Source of the DNA: Candidatus Hodarchaeota archaeon
GTDB lineage: Archaea; Asgardarchaeota; Lokiarchaeia; Sigyniarchaeales; SOKP01
Length of the DNA stretch: 45,088 bases
NCBI GenBank assembly: GCA_048887225.1
Contig: JBHLJY010000019.1
Span: forward strand, 1 to 45,088
Reading direction: 5' to 3'
This document shows, piece by piece, positions 20,877-30,709 of this stretch; within the stretch, counting starts at the first letter, position 1; each line of letters opens with the position of its first letter. The notes beneath the pieces are model-generated. The model saw only the letters and a program-made list of their open reading frames with translations. It was not told where the DNA came from and ran no database searches. The position numbers and the translations under genes are program-made.

Positions 20877-21788
20877 TTATGTAAAAAAACTATTCAAATC
20901 AATTAAAAAATCTGAAAACTTACTTGATAATGTGTCTATTGCATTTTCATTGATCAACAGCGAAACATAGAAAGTATCATCTTTAAGCTTTATTCGACGC
21001 AAATATGAGCCCATCTGATTGTTAATAGGATTAAAATCACTATCATATTCATAATTTTCTTTTTGTATTTTTTTGAGTACAATTATATGTTCTTTAATCG
21101 ATTTCAATAGATCTAGGTATAAGTCATATCCCACTGATTCTGTATAGAATTCACTTATAATAACTCCATTTTGATCAAATAAAATAAGAGATTTACTATC
21201 AAAATCTTTTAAATAGTTTTTAAATAATTCTTTAAGTTTTAAATGCTTGTCGTCGAAAATTGAGAGGGCCGACGAGATTAAATGAACGATTGAAAGTATG
21301 TCATATATAGAAGTTTGTAAAAATAACATTTTCAATTGTTCTATTTGAATAAGTTTCTCTGTTAATTTTCGAGCAAATTTAATAAGATTTTCATCATTCT
21401 TTAGCTCGGGGTCAAATTTATGAAATGCCACGATTAATGGAACATCCATTTTATTTTTATCAAAATATTGTAAAATACTATGTAAATATTCTAAAGAGGA
21501 GTCGAATCTATCACTATCTTGAATGTCAATTACATAAATTAGCAAATTTGTATCAGCAAAATATAAATCTTGCCTTGATTGATACAGTTCTCTATACATT
21601 TCTTGACCTCCCATATCCCAGAAATGAAAATTTTTACCCAAAAATTTAGTTTGTTGATAGCTAACTCTTATCGTAGGTTGCAGTTCTCTTACTTCCTCCT
21701 CAAAGTCGTATCTTTTATTAAAAGATGTTAAAATAGATGTTTTTCCAGCGTTATCAAGTCCACTGACTATTATTTTTAATTCATCCAA
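20877..21788 (-). CDS. Arf/Rag-like small GTPase with a C-terminal roadblock/longin-like domain
   Basis: G1 GLDNAGKTS, G2 PT, G3 WDMGGQ, G4 HKFD, G5 TSI. The ~125-aa tail contains LILFDQNGVIISE. TTG start. Confidence 0.85.
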   Translation of the reverse strand: MDELKIIVSGLDNAGKTSILTSFNKRYDFEEEVRELQPTIRVSYQQTKFLGKNFHFWDMGGQEMYRELYQSRQDLYFADTNLLIYVIDIQDSDRFDSSLEYLHSILQYFDKNKMDVPLIVAFHKFDPELKNDENLIKFARKLTEKLIQIEQLKMLFLQTSIYDILSIVHLISSALSIFDDKHLKLKELFKNYLKDFDSKSLILFDQNGVIISEFYTESVGYDLYLDLLKSIKEHIIVLKKIQKENYEYDSDFNPINNQMGSYLRRIKLKDDTFYVSLLINENAIDTLSSKFSDFLIDLNSFFT

Positions 21789-22013
21789 ATTAAATCACTT
21801 CTACTATTTTATCAATTTTTTAAGAAAAATATATACTCAGTTTAATTAAATGTTATTGAAAATGATTTGTATTTAAAAAAATAAAAATGAACTTATTGTC
21901 CCTTAAATATAGATTCTTTTTTTATTAAGATCTAAATTTCAAAAAATAAATATGTCAGAATATTTATAAATTAAAGAGTTAATTTGTTATTTAAACACTA
22001 ACTTAAAAAAGAG

Positions 22014-22763
22014 TTGATTAAATTGGTTGAATACGAGAGACCTACTGATTATTCCATGCCACGTCAGTGTGGTATATTTCCGCCACCTCCCATAATGTAT
22101 CGAAATACGCGTGTCATTGCAATTGTATTTCAGTGCGCACCAGGCGTTAAAAAGAAATGTTTACCTCCTGAATTAGAATCCATAGAAAATGGACTTGATA
22201 TTATTTCTTTCTTTAAATATCCGGAATCATCAATTGGACCATATAATGAACTTGTAATTGCATTAAATTGTATCTATAAAGGAAAGCCAGGGTTGTTCAT
22301 TTACAATATATATGTTGATGATGATGTAGCTTTAACAGCTGGAAGAGAAATTTGGGGATTTCCAAAAAAAATGTGTGAAATTAATTTAACTCCAATTGAA
22401 GACAATAAAGTTAGAGGATTTTCAACGCGAAAGGGAATAACTTTTCTAGATGTAGAAGCAGAGATTATGAATAATCCCCCAGGATTGGATACAAAGGGGA
22501 TGTTCGAAAGCATGGCGATTTACAATTTAAAAATAATTCCTGATGTAAAGGATAATTCTAAACCGGCACTTCGACAATTGACAGAAACATATTTTAAAAT
22601 TGAAGTTGTATATAAAAATTTAGCTGCCAAAATAAATTATATTAAAAGTGAGTATTCAGAGTACGATATCTGTCACGAAATTTTAAAGGACGCAGATACA
22701 AATCTTGGAGCAATCTATCTTGAAGGTGATTTAATTCTCCCAAATGGACATGTCTTAGGATAA
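22014..22763 (+). CDS. Acetoacetate decarboxylase family protein
   Basis: GPYNE and AGREIWGFPKK (Schiff-base Lys motif). Confidence 0.88.
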   Translation: MIKLVEYERPTDYSMPRQCGIFPPPPIMYRNTRVIAIVFQCAPGVKKKCLPPELESIENGLDIISFFKYPESSIGPYNELVIALNCIYKGKPGLFIYNIYVDDDVALTAGREIWGFPKKMCEINLTPIEDNKVRGFSTRKGITFLDVEAEIMNNPPGLDTKGMFESMAIYNLKIIPDVKDNSKPALRQLTETYFKIEVVYKNLAAKINYIKSEYSEYDICHEILKDADTNLGAIYLEGDLILPNGHVLG

Positions 22764-22786
22764 ATTAATATTAAGTTTTTTTATAA

Positions 22787-23608
22787 TTATTTTCCTTTAA
22801 AAACAGGGTCTTTTTTTGTTATTAATGATTTTGTAGCTGCCCTAAAATCAGAGGTTTTAAATAATGCTCTTAGGCCTTCATTTTCTAAATCTAATGTTCT
22901 CGAAAGTATATCTTTAAAATAATTATGCATTGTCTTTTTCATTAATTGTAATGATACGCTTGGTCCTTTTGGTGGTATTAATCTTAATGCTTGCTCTCTT
23001 GCGTAAGGCATTAATTCATCAGGTGGTAAGACTTTATTGACTAAACCAAGTTCTTCAGCCTTTTGAGCAGTAATTTTATCTCCAAAATAACAAACCTCTT
23101 TCGCTTTTTGAAAACCAATTAAAAAAGGTAGGAAAAACGATGAGCCAAATTCAGGCATGACAGCTCTTTTAACAAAATAGAATCCCAACCAAGCATCCTC
23201 AGACATATAAATCAGATCAGCCCCAACTAAAGGTATTGTGATGGCTATACCTACAGCTAATCCATTAATTGCTGCAATAACAGGCTTGGAGAAATTCCAA
23301 ATTTTCATGCATAATCGTTTTTGAGCAATATCCATTAAATCGAGTTCTTTCATAATTTCGGGAGGAATTGTATTGTAAAAACTCATATTAAAATACGCAC
23401 CAGATGAAAATGCTCTGCTTTCTGGATTTCCTGTCATAATTAAAACTTTGGCATTTTTATCTGATTCCATGTCTTCTAAGATAGTTTCAATTTCTAAAAA
23501 CGTTACAGCCGACATCGCATTTCTTCTTTTAGGTATATTAAGAGTCATAGTACAAATACCATTTTCTTCTTTTTCGTAAATAATATCCTGAATATCTTCA
23601 ATTTTCAT
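22787..23608 (-). CDS. Crotonase-fold enoyl-CoA isomerase/hydratase
   Basis: KPVIAAINGLAVG, FVKRAVMPEFGSS and AEELGLVNKV. Confidence 0.9.
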   Translation of the reverse strand: MKIEDIQDIIYEKEENGICTMTLNIPKRRNAMSAVTFLEIETILEDMESDKNAKVLIMTGNPESRAFSSGAYFNMSFYNTIPPEIMKELDLMDIAQKRLCMKIWNFSKPVIAAINGLAVGIAITIPLVGADLIYMSEDAWLGFYFVKRAVMPEFGSSFFLPFLIGFQKAKEVCYFGDKITAQKAEELGLVNKVLPPDELMPYAREQALRLIPPKGPSVSLQLMKKTMHNYFKDILSRTLDLENEGLRALFKTSDFRAATKSLITKKDPVFKGK

Positions 23609-23643
23609 TTTAATCCTTTTTCTATTTTTTATGTTTTTTATTA

Positions 23644-24465
23644 TTATTTTCCTTTAAAAATGGGTTCTCTTTTTTGTGCTAAAGATTTTGTAGACTCACG
23701 AAAATCATGTGTCTTAATTGAAGCCTTATATCCTTCATTTTCTAAATCTAAAGTGCTTGAAAGGATATCTCGAAAATAATTATGCATAGTTTTTTTCATT
23801 AATTTTAATGATACGCTTGGGCCTTTAGGTGGAACTAAATTTAAAGCTTGCTCTCTTGCATATGGTATTAATTCATCAGCTGGTAAAACTTTGTTAACTA
23901 ATCCAAGCCTTTCAGCCTCTTGAGCAGTAATTTTATCTCCAAAATAAATAATCTCTTTCGCTTTTTGAAAACCTAAATAAAGTGGAAGGATAAAAGACAT
24001 ACTAAATTCAGGAATCACGGCTCTTTTAACAAAATAAAAGCCTAACCACGCATCCTCAGACATATAGATAAGGTCAGCTCCAGCTAATGGCATCGTTATA
24101 CCCCCTCCGATTGCAAGTCCATTTATTGCAACTATAATTGGTTTTGAAAAATCCCATAATTTCAAGCATAACTTTTTTTGGGCCATGTCCATAAAATCGA
24201 GTTCCTTCTTTATTTCTGGAGATAGAGAAGTCATGAATTTGGCGCTATAGTATCCACCTGAGGAAAATGCGTTAGCTTCTTTACAGCCCGTAATAATAAG
24301 AACTCTAGCGTTTTTGTCTGCCTCCATATCATCAAGAACAACTTGAATTTCTAAAAGAGATATGAAAGATAAAGCATTTCTCCTTTCAGGACGATTAATT
24401 GTTAAAGTACAAATGCCATTTTCTTCCTTTTCGTAAATAAAATCTTGGATATCTTCAATATTCAT
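23644..24465 (-). CDS. Crotonase-fold enoyl-CoA isomerase/hydratase
   Basis: KPIIVAINGLAIGGG and FVKRAVIPEFSMS. Close paralogue of the adjacent gene. Confidence 0.9.
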   Translation of the reverse strand: MNIEDIQDFIYEKEENGICTLTINRPERRNALSFISLLEIQVVLDDMEADKNARVLIITGCKEANAFSSGGYYSAKFMTSLSPEIKKELDFMDMAQKKLCLKLWDFSKPIIVAINGLAIGGGITMPLAGADLIYMSEDAWLGFYFVKRAVIPEFSMSFILPLYLGFQKAKEIIYFGDKITAQEAERLGLVNKVLPADELIPYAREQALNLVPPKGPSVSLKLMKKTMHNYFRDILSSTLDLENEGYKASIKTHDFRESTKSLAQKREPIFKGK

Positions 24466-24543
24466 TTTATTTTAATCTAAGTCTTTTAAAAGAGAAAAGG
24501 TAATTAGTTATATAAAGAAAAAATTTTATGCTTATTAAATTTT

Positions 24544-24556
24544 AAAAAAAAAAAAA
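24544..24556 (-). terminator. Possible archaeal oligo-U terminator after the acyl-CoA ligase
   Basis: A 13-nt A run (U run on the minus strand) just after the stop at 24564. Confidence 0.35.
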
Positions 24557-24563
24557 GAAAATT

Positions 24564-26294
24564 TTATTTTTCTGCTTCTTCTCGAAGCGCTCTCTTTAGA
24601 ACTTTACCTACAAGAGTTAAAGGTAGCGTGTCTCGATATTCCCAAATTTTAGGCATCTCATATTTAGAGAGCTTTTCTCTCGCATAAACCTTAATGCCTT
24701 CTTTCACAGCTTCAGTTTCTTCGATTCCTGCTTTAAGTTGAACAACGGCTTTTACTATTTCACTTCCAGGACGATCTGGATCTTTCAATCCTATTATAGC
24801 AACTAATTCAATATCTGGATGCTTGGTTAAGATATCTTCGACATGAACGCTATACACCTTATATCCGCTTACAATTAACATATCTTTAGTCCTATCAACA
24901 ATAGTTATAAAGCCATCTTCATCCATGACGCCAACATCGCCCGTATGCAGCCAACCGTCTATAATTGTCTTTGCATCTGCCTCTGGTTTGTTATAATATC
25001 CTCTTGTGACTTGAGGTCCCTTACAAATTATCTCTCCAGGTTGTCCGAGCTCTACTTGTTCTCCAGTTTCAACGTCAACAAGGCGTATTTCAGTATCAGG
25101 AACCGGTATACCAACAGTGCCAACTTTTTTCTTGCCATAATATGGATTCATAGTAAGGATTGGAGAAGTTTCGGTCATTCCATATACTTCTAGAAGTTTA
25201 TTTTCTGCCTTCAACGATTTTTCGAAATCTCTGATTGCCTCCGCGGGAAATGGTGCGGCTCCGGATACATAAGCAAGAACCTCATTCAATGTAGTTTCTG
25301 GAACTTTTTTCAATTTGGGATTATTCTTAATTGTTAAGAATAGCGTGGGTACATTCACCATTATTATAGGTTTTTTATCTATCAATTCTTTAATGAAATG
25401 ATTTGTATCTCTAGGGTCCGGGATTAATATTTGAGCATTTGACATATATACATTCATCATACCAAAACATAAGCCAGCTAAGTGAAATAACGGAAATGCA
25501 GATAGAGATATACCTTGTGCTCTCTCAAGATTAAGCCAAGATTTTATTTGAACCATATTTGAGAGAATATTGGCGTGCGTAAGTTCTGTACCTTTAGGTA
25601 GTCCCGTTGTTCCACCAGTATATTGTAGTAATGCCAGATCTTTATTATTATCGATTGAAACTTCTTTTAAATCAATTTCTGTCTCCATAACTTCCATAAA
25701 ATCAATAACTTTTTTTCCTGGCCATGGTTCAACCTTACCTTTTGGAATTTTCTTTAGTGCTTTACCAAGAAATACAATAACTTTAGGTAGACCCATATAA
25801 TCAGCTACATTCGTGGTTACGATACATTCGAGTTTAGGTACGTTATCAAGTACTTTTACTAGTACATGAGCATAAACAGCATCCAACGTAATGAAAAATT
25901 TTGACTCGCTATCATTGATTTGATATGCAATTTCAGTAGGACTTAAAAGTGGTGAACATCCCGAAGCTACACCACCAGCTAGTAACGTTCCAAAATGGGC
26001 AACTAAATATTGAACTATATTGGGTAAATTAATTGCTACACGATCTCCTTTCTTTAATCCGTTTTTCTGTAAAAACGTCGCAAATCGATGAGTCATTTCC
26101 CTAAGTTCTTTATATGAAACATGTCTTTTCATAGAAAAACATGCTGGATTGTAAGGGAGTGCTTTCATAGCATCGTCAAATATTTTGCCAAGGCTTTCCT
26201 TTGGATATTCCAAACTTGGTTTAACATGCTCATCATAGGATTTTATCCATATTTTAGAATCATATGGAGATTTTTTAGTTTCTTGAGTAGCCAT
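24564..26294 (-). CDS. fadD: Long-chain fatty-acid--CoA ligase (FadD-like)
   Basis: YTGGTTGLPKG, YGMTE, WLHTGDVG, DRTKDMLIVSG and GKVLKR. Confidence 0.92.
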   Translation of the reverse strand: MATQETKKSPYDSKIWIKSYDEHVKPSLEYPKESLGKIFDDAMKALPYNPACFSMKRHVSYKELREMTHRFATFLQKNGLKKGDRVAINLPNIVQYLVAHFGTLLAGGVASGCSPLLSPTEIAYQINDSESKFFITLDAVYAHVLVKVLDNVPKLECIVTTNVADYMGLPKVIVFLGKALKKIPKGKVEPWPGKKVIDFMEVMETEIDLKEVSIDNNKDLALLQYTGGTTGLPKGTELTHANILSNMVQIKSWLNLERAQGISLSAFPLFHLAGLCFGMMNVYMSNAQILIPDPRDTNHFIKELIDKKPIIMVNVPTLFLTIKNNPKLKKVPETTLNEVLAYVSGAAPFPAEAIRDFEKSLKAENKLLEVYGMTETSPILTMNPYYGKKKVGTVGIPVPDTEIRLVDVETGEQVELGQPGEIICKGPQVTRGYYNKPEADAKTIIDGWLHTGDVGVMDEDGFITIVDRTKDMLIVSGYKVYSVHVEDILTKHPDIELVAIIGLKDPDRPGSEIVKAVVQLKAGIEETEAVKEGIKVYAREKLSKYEMPKIWEYRDTLPLTLVGKVLKRALREEAEK

Positions 26295-26451
26295 TTTGAT
26301 CAGATTCCATTCTTTTTTAATAAAAATTTATTAAATTCAATAAATGATACTAATGAATTTAAGAATTTAGATAATTTCTTAAAATTTCATAGAGAACAAA
26401 AGACATAACTGTCAAAGTTATGTTATAAAGTAATTTGGCTTTAGGAATAAC

Positions 26452-27768
26452 TTAAGATTTGTCGTTAAGAGATTTTTTTTCTTTGGCGCGCTTTTTAGGA
26501 GATTCATAGCGGGTTTTAAAAATAGTTATCTCAGGAGGTGTCATAGTTAATAGTTGCTGAGCAATCTTAGGATATTGAGCGATAAATACAAACTCTTCTT
26601 GAACTAAGGGTTTTTGTTTATGTACATTCGCATATCTGACGAGCTCGAGAATTTGACGTGCTTCATCCTCATCCTTGAATTTTAAATTGAAGTTTTTATA
26701 AATATGTTTAAAAGAACTAATTCCAGAATATTCTCCTGTAGTGATTTTGCGCCCTGTTTCAAGCAAGATCGTTTCTCCTCTTCCCAATTCTTGAAAATCA
26801 TATAACTCATAATTTTTTCTGTCTTTTAAGGCTCCATCTGCATGTATCCCCGACTCGTGCGCAAAAGCATTATCCCCTACACCAACTTGATTTACAGGAA
26901 TAGGTACACCAAAAGCATGTGAGGCGTAAGTGGCAACTTTATACGCATGACTTAAATCAATTCGAGGGTCGAGTAAACCGAGCTCATCAAAATCAGCTCC
27001 ATATTTCAGAGCCAGAACAGTACTCACTAAATCGCAGTTTCCAGCTCTTTCACCCATAGAATTAACTGTAGTATTGATAAACGCATCTTGTCCCTCTTCA
27101 ACAACTCCTTTTGCACCTTCAACCGCCGTCGCAACTGCCATACCTAAATCGTTATGTGTGTGCAACTCAATAGGCATATCAATGGCTTTTGTTAGATCCT
27201 TACACCTAAAATGAATTCGGAAGCTTCTCTCATATCCTAAAGTATCACAATAGCGAATACGGTCAGCTCCCGCTTTTTTGGCAGCTAAGGCAAACTTAAT
27301 AAGGTAATCCATTTTTGTTCTCGAAGCATCTTCAGCGTTAACTCCAACAGTCTTTATCCCTAAATCTTTTGCCCTTTCAACGGCTTCTGTCATCATTTTA
27401 ATTACGCCACTACTGTCCATCCTTCCTTGAAACTTACCATTTATCATCTGGTTAGAGGTTGAAATTGATAAGTTAATATGCTCTAAGCTTGGACAATTTT
27501 CTACCGCTAATTCAACGTCCGAAGCAATAGATCTCATCCATCCCGATAATTTCATAGGTTTAATGACTCCAAATTGAGCAAGCTTTAAATTGGCATTGAT
27601 ATAATTTGTCTCATGATGGGTTGCGGGAAATCCTATCTCTGATTGGTGTACTCCCATACGGTTAAGCAATATATTTAAGACTGTCTTCTCTAGCTTAGCA
27701 AGACCCAATCTACTTGTTTGAACGCCGTCACGATTCGTGACATCCATTATATATATTCGATTATCCAT
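26452..27768 (-). CDS. DRE-TIM metallolyase, Re-citrate synthase / homocitrate synthase family
   Basis: DVTNRDGVQ, AEDASR, CDTLG, HTHNDLG, GERAGNC and AHESGIH. No LeuA regulatory domain. Confidence 0.85.
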   Translation of the reverse strand: MDNRIYIMDVTNRDGVQTSRLGLAKLEKTVLNILLNRMGVHQSEIGFPATHHETNYINANLKLAQFGVIKPMKLSGWMRSIASDVELAVENCPSLEHINLSISTSNQMINGKFQGRMDSSGVIKMMTEAVERAKDLGIKTVGVNAEDASRTKMDYLIKFALAAKKAGADRIRYCDTLGYERSFRIHFRCKDLTKAIDMPIELHTHNDLGMAVATAVEGAKGVVEEGQDAFINTTVNSMGERAGNCDLVSTVLALKYGADFDELGLLDPRIDLSHAYKVATYASHAFGVPIPVNQVGVGDNAFAHESGIHADGALKDRKNYELYDFQELGRGETILLETGRKITTGEYSGISSFKHIYKNFNLKFKDEDEARQILELVRYANVHKQKPLVQEEFVFIAQYPKIAQQLLTMTPPEITIFKTRYESPKKRAKEKKSLNDKS

Positions 27769-28061
27769 TGATTATCCACTCATAAATCACATATGATTTA
27801 TATTAGTTATATTTGTGTATAACTTTAATATTTTTCGATTTTTATAAACAATTTTACAATATTTGATATCAAAGGTTGAACGAGTCCATAAGATCTATAG
27901 AGATTTGCTAAAATATTTTCAATTAAACTGTTTTCAGATTGTAAAATGTTTATTTTAAAGAAGTTTTAAAATCTTAAAAAATTTAGGTTATAAGTTATTC
28001 TTTTAAGCAATTCTATTTATAATTAAACCAAAATTAAGATAATTAAAATAAAAACTAAGAA

Positions 28062-28337
28062 GTGAAAATTGTGAAAACGTTTGAAGATTATTACCAAAGA
28101 TTAGTGAAAATGAAACCTAACATTTGGATTGGCAATGAGAAAGTGGGGCGGGACGACCGGCGGATAAGAGGGGGAATAAATATTGTACGGGAAACTTTTG
28201 ATTGTGCACATGACCCAGAATATGAGGATTTATGTACCGCAACTTCGCATTTGACTGGTGAGAAAATAAATCGATTCACTCATATACATCAGAGTGTTGA
28301 TGACATTTATGTACTTTCACTATTTAAAAATTATTAA
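28062..28337 (+). pseudogene. 5' fragment (81 codons) of a 4-hydroxybutyryl-CoA dehydratase paralogue
   Basis: 28062-28304 matches 29113-29355 with 11 substitutions. Homology then stops abruptly. Confidence 0.85.
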
Positions 28338-28515
28338 TTAATTGAAAAAGACGAAAACAATTTCCTCCAGGTCTAAGGATTTATAGGTGGAGGAAAAAAG
28401 GTTCGCAAAATCCTTCACTTAGACTATAATGTAAAATTTAAATATTAAAAGAACTTAATTGTTTACATCGAAATCTAAATTTATCCAAAAAAATCTATAA
28501 TTAAAAATAAATTGG

Positions 28516-28992
28516 GTGAAAATAATGGTAAAATTTGCAACACAAGAATGGGCCAGTGATTTTTGCAAAGCTCTTAATAAAAATCAAAATTATAAGGAAG
28601 CAGCTGGACCTAGTGGCTTTCCTCCTAATGGCTGGGAAGGAGATTTTGTTTTTATTTTTGAACCTAGCGGCCCTTTTAAAAAGTTAGTTAATATCTGGAT
28701 TGGATTATATCATGGTGAATGTACGGGAGCTCGTGTCTTAAAAGAAGAGGAAAAATTTCAAGTAATAAAAAGTGGAGAAAAAGCTGAAGGAGATGCGATT
28801 GGAGTTGAATATACGTATGCTGCAACTTACGATAACTGGGTTAAGATTTTAAAGCAAGAATTGGATCCAATTCGAGCATTATTAGGTGGACAAGCAAAGC
28901 TCCAAGGAGATATGGCTAAAATGATGAGAGCGACAAAATCCGCTCAAGAGATGGTAATTACCACGACTAAGATCGGTACAGAATTCTGGTAA
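28516..28992 (+). CDS. SCP2 sterol/lipid-carrier domain protein
   Basis: FATQEW...LN, WEGDF and ATYDNWVKIL..ELDPIRALLGGQAKLQGDM. Confidence 0.85.
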   Translation: MKIMVKFATQEWASDFCKALNKNQNYKEAAGPSGFPPNGWEGDFVFIFEPSGPFKKLVNIWIGLYHGECTGARVLKEEEKFQVIKSGEKAEGDAIGVEYTYAATYDNWVKILKQELDPIRALLGGQAKLQGDMAKMMRATKSAQEMVITTTKIGTEFW

Positions 28993-29112
28993 AATAAAAA
29001 TTCTTATTTTTTTTTCTTATATCTTAGAACAGATATATAAATATCTTACAAAAAATAAAATTACCATGTTTTATTATTAAAACAAAATTAAGATTAAAAT
29101 TAAAATTAAGAA

Positions 29113-30666
29113 GTGAAAATTGTGAAAACATTTGAAGATTATTACCAAAGATTATTGAAAATGAAACCTAACATTTGGATTGGCAATGAGAAAGTGGGGC
29201 GGGACGATCGGCGGATAAGGGGGGGAATAAATATTATACGGGAAACTTTTGATTGCGCACATGACCCAGAATTTGAAGATTTATGTACCGCAACTTCACA
29301 TTTGACTGGTGAGAAAATAAATCGATTCACTCACATACATCAGAGCGTTGATGACCTTTTAAAAAAGCAGCGCATGACTCGGGTTCTTTGCCATCGTGTT
29401 GGAGGCTGTATTCAGAGATGTATGGGAATTGACGCTCTAAACGCACTTTCGGTAATTACGTATGAATTAGATCAAGCACTTGGTACGGATCATTATCAAA
29501 GATTGGAAGCTTATATAAAATATTTTCAAGAAAATGACCTTACGGCGTCGGCGGCTTCAACTGATGCTAAGGGAGATAGGTCGAAGCGCCCTTTTGAACA
29601 GGAAAACCCAGACGCTTATTTGAGGGTGGTCGAAACTAGGGATGATGGCATCCTCGTCAGAGGTGCCAAACAATGTATTACAAATACTCCCTATGTTGAT
29701 GAAATAATTGCTGTACCATGTAGATTTATGGGGCCAGAAGATAAAGATTACGCGGTTGCATTTGCTTTGCCGGCTGATTGGGATGGAATAAAACTGCTTT
29801 CTAGACCAGCTTATTTCAAGCAACCTAAAAATGTACCAAAAGATTTGATAACTAAAACGATGGAACTTGGAGATGTGGAAACGTTCATCATTTTTGATGA
29901 TGTATTTGTTCCAAACGAGAGAGTTTTTTTGAATGGTCAAGCGGATCCACGGCAAACACCTTACGCTGGCTTTTTAGCTTTGATGTTTGCTCACTACCAT
30001 AGACATTCGTATACAGGGTGTAAACCAGCAGTCTCGGAAATCTTAGCTAGTGCTGCAGCGCTTGTTGCCGAATATAACAATATTGAGCACACATCACACG
30101 CAAGAGATAAACTATCTCACCTTATAGGTACAGCAGAGTTAGTTTTTGCGGCAGGCGAATCAAGCGCATATCACTCTGAAAAATCTCTTTCAGGTACACA
30201 AGTTCCAGATGAAATTCTAACGAACGCTGGACGTAGATTGGCAGGCGAGAACATATATGATGAATATAAAATCGTTGCTGACCTTGCAGGTGGGCTGATG
30301 GCAACGTTACCTTACTTAGATACTTTTTTTGACGATGAGGTGGGGGCCCTCGCAATGAAATATATGCAGAGAAATCCGAGAGTAAAACCCGAAAATGTAT
30401 TAAAATGTTTCAAAGGTTTAGAATGTATAGGGTGCTCGGACATTGGTGGGTTAATGCAAGTAGCTGGACTACATGGAGGGGGGTCGCCTCAAATGGAAAC
30501 AATTGCTATGATGGGGCGCTATGATGTTGAAAAGCTCAAGAACATTTCTAAATATTTATTTGGTATAAAGGGCAAATTACGTAGATTCGAGAGGTCAGAA
30601 ACTCCTGTAACTCCTAGAAAAATGCTTGAAAAGTTCAGGAAATACCAACAAAGAAAACAGAAATAA
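29113..30666 (+). CDS. abfD: 4-hydroxybutyryl-CoA dehydratase / vinylacetyl-CoA isomerase (AbfD-like)
   Basis: [4Fe-4S] ligand motifs CIQRC and HRHSYTGCK; also TDAKGDRSKRP, VRGAK and HGGGSP. Confidence 0.85.
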   Translation: MKIVKTFEDYYQRLLKMKPNIWIGNEKVGRDDRRIRGGINIIRETFDCAHDPEFEDLCTATSHLTGEKINRFTHIHQSVDDLLKKQRMTRVLCHRVGGCIQRCMGIDALNALSVITYELDQALGTDHYQRLEAYIKYFQENDLTASAASTDAKGDRSKRPFEQENPDAYLRVVETRDDGILVRGAKQCITNTPYVDEIIAVPCRFMGPEDKDYAVAFALPADWDGIKLLSRPAYFKQPKNVPKDLITKTMELGDVETFIIFDDVFVPNERVFLNGQADPRQTPYAGFLALMFAHYHRHSYTGCKPAVSEILASAAALVAEYNNIEHTSHARDKLSHLIGTAELVFAAGESSAYHSEKSLSGTQVPDEILTNAGRRLAGENIYDEYKIVADLAGGLMATLPYLDTFFDDEVGALAMKYMQRNPRVKPENVLKCFKGLECIGCSDIGGLMQVAGLHGGGSPQMETIAMMGRYDVEKLKNISKYLFGIKGKLRRFERSETPVTPRKMLEKFRKYQQRKQK

Positions 30667-30709
30667 TAACACTATCTTTTCTTTTTAAACTCGAAATTAA
30701 ATCTTTTTG

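Noticed and set aside
29113-30666. 4-hydroxyphenylacetate 3-monooxygenase (HpaB)
   Set aside because: The Cys/His Fe-S ligands typical of AbfD are present.
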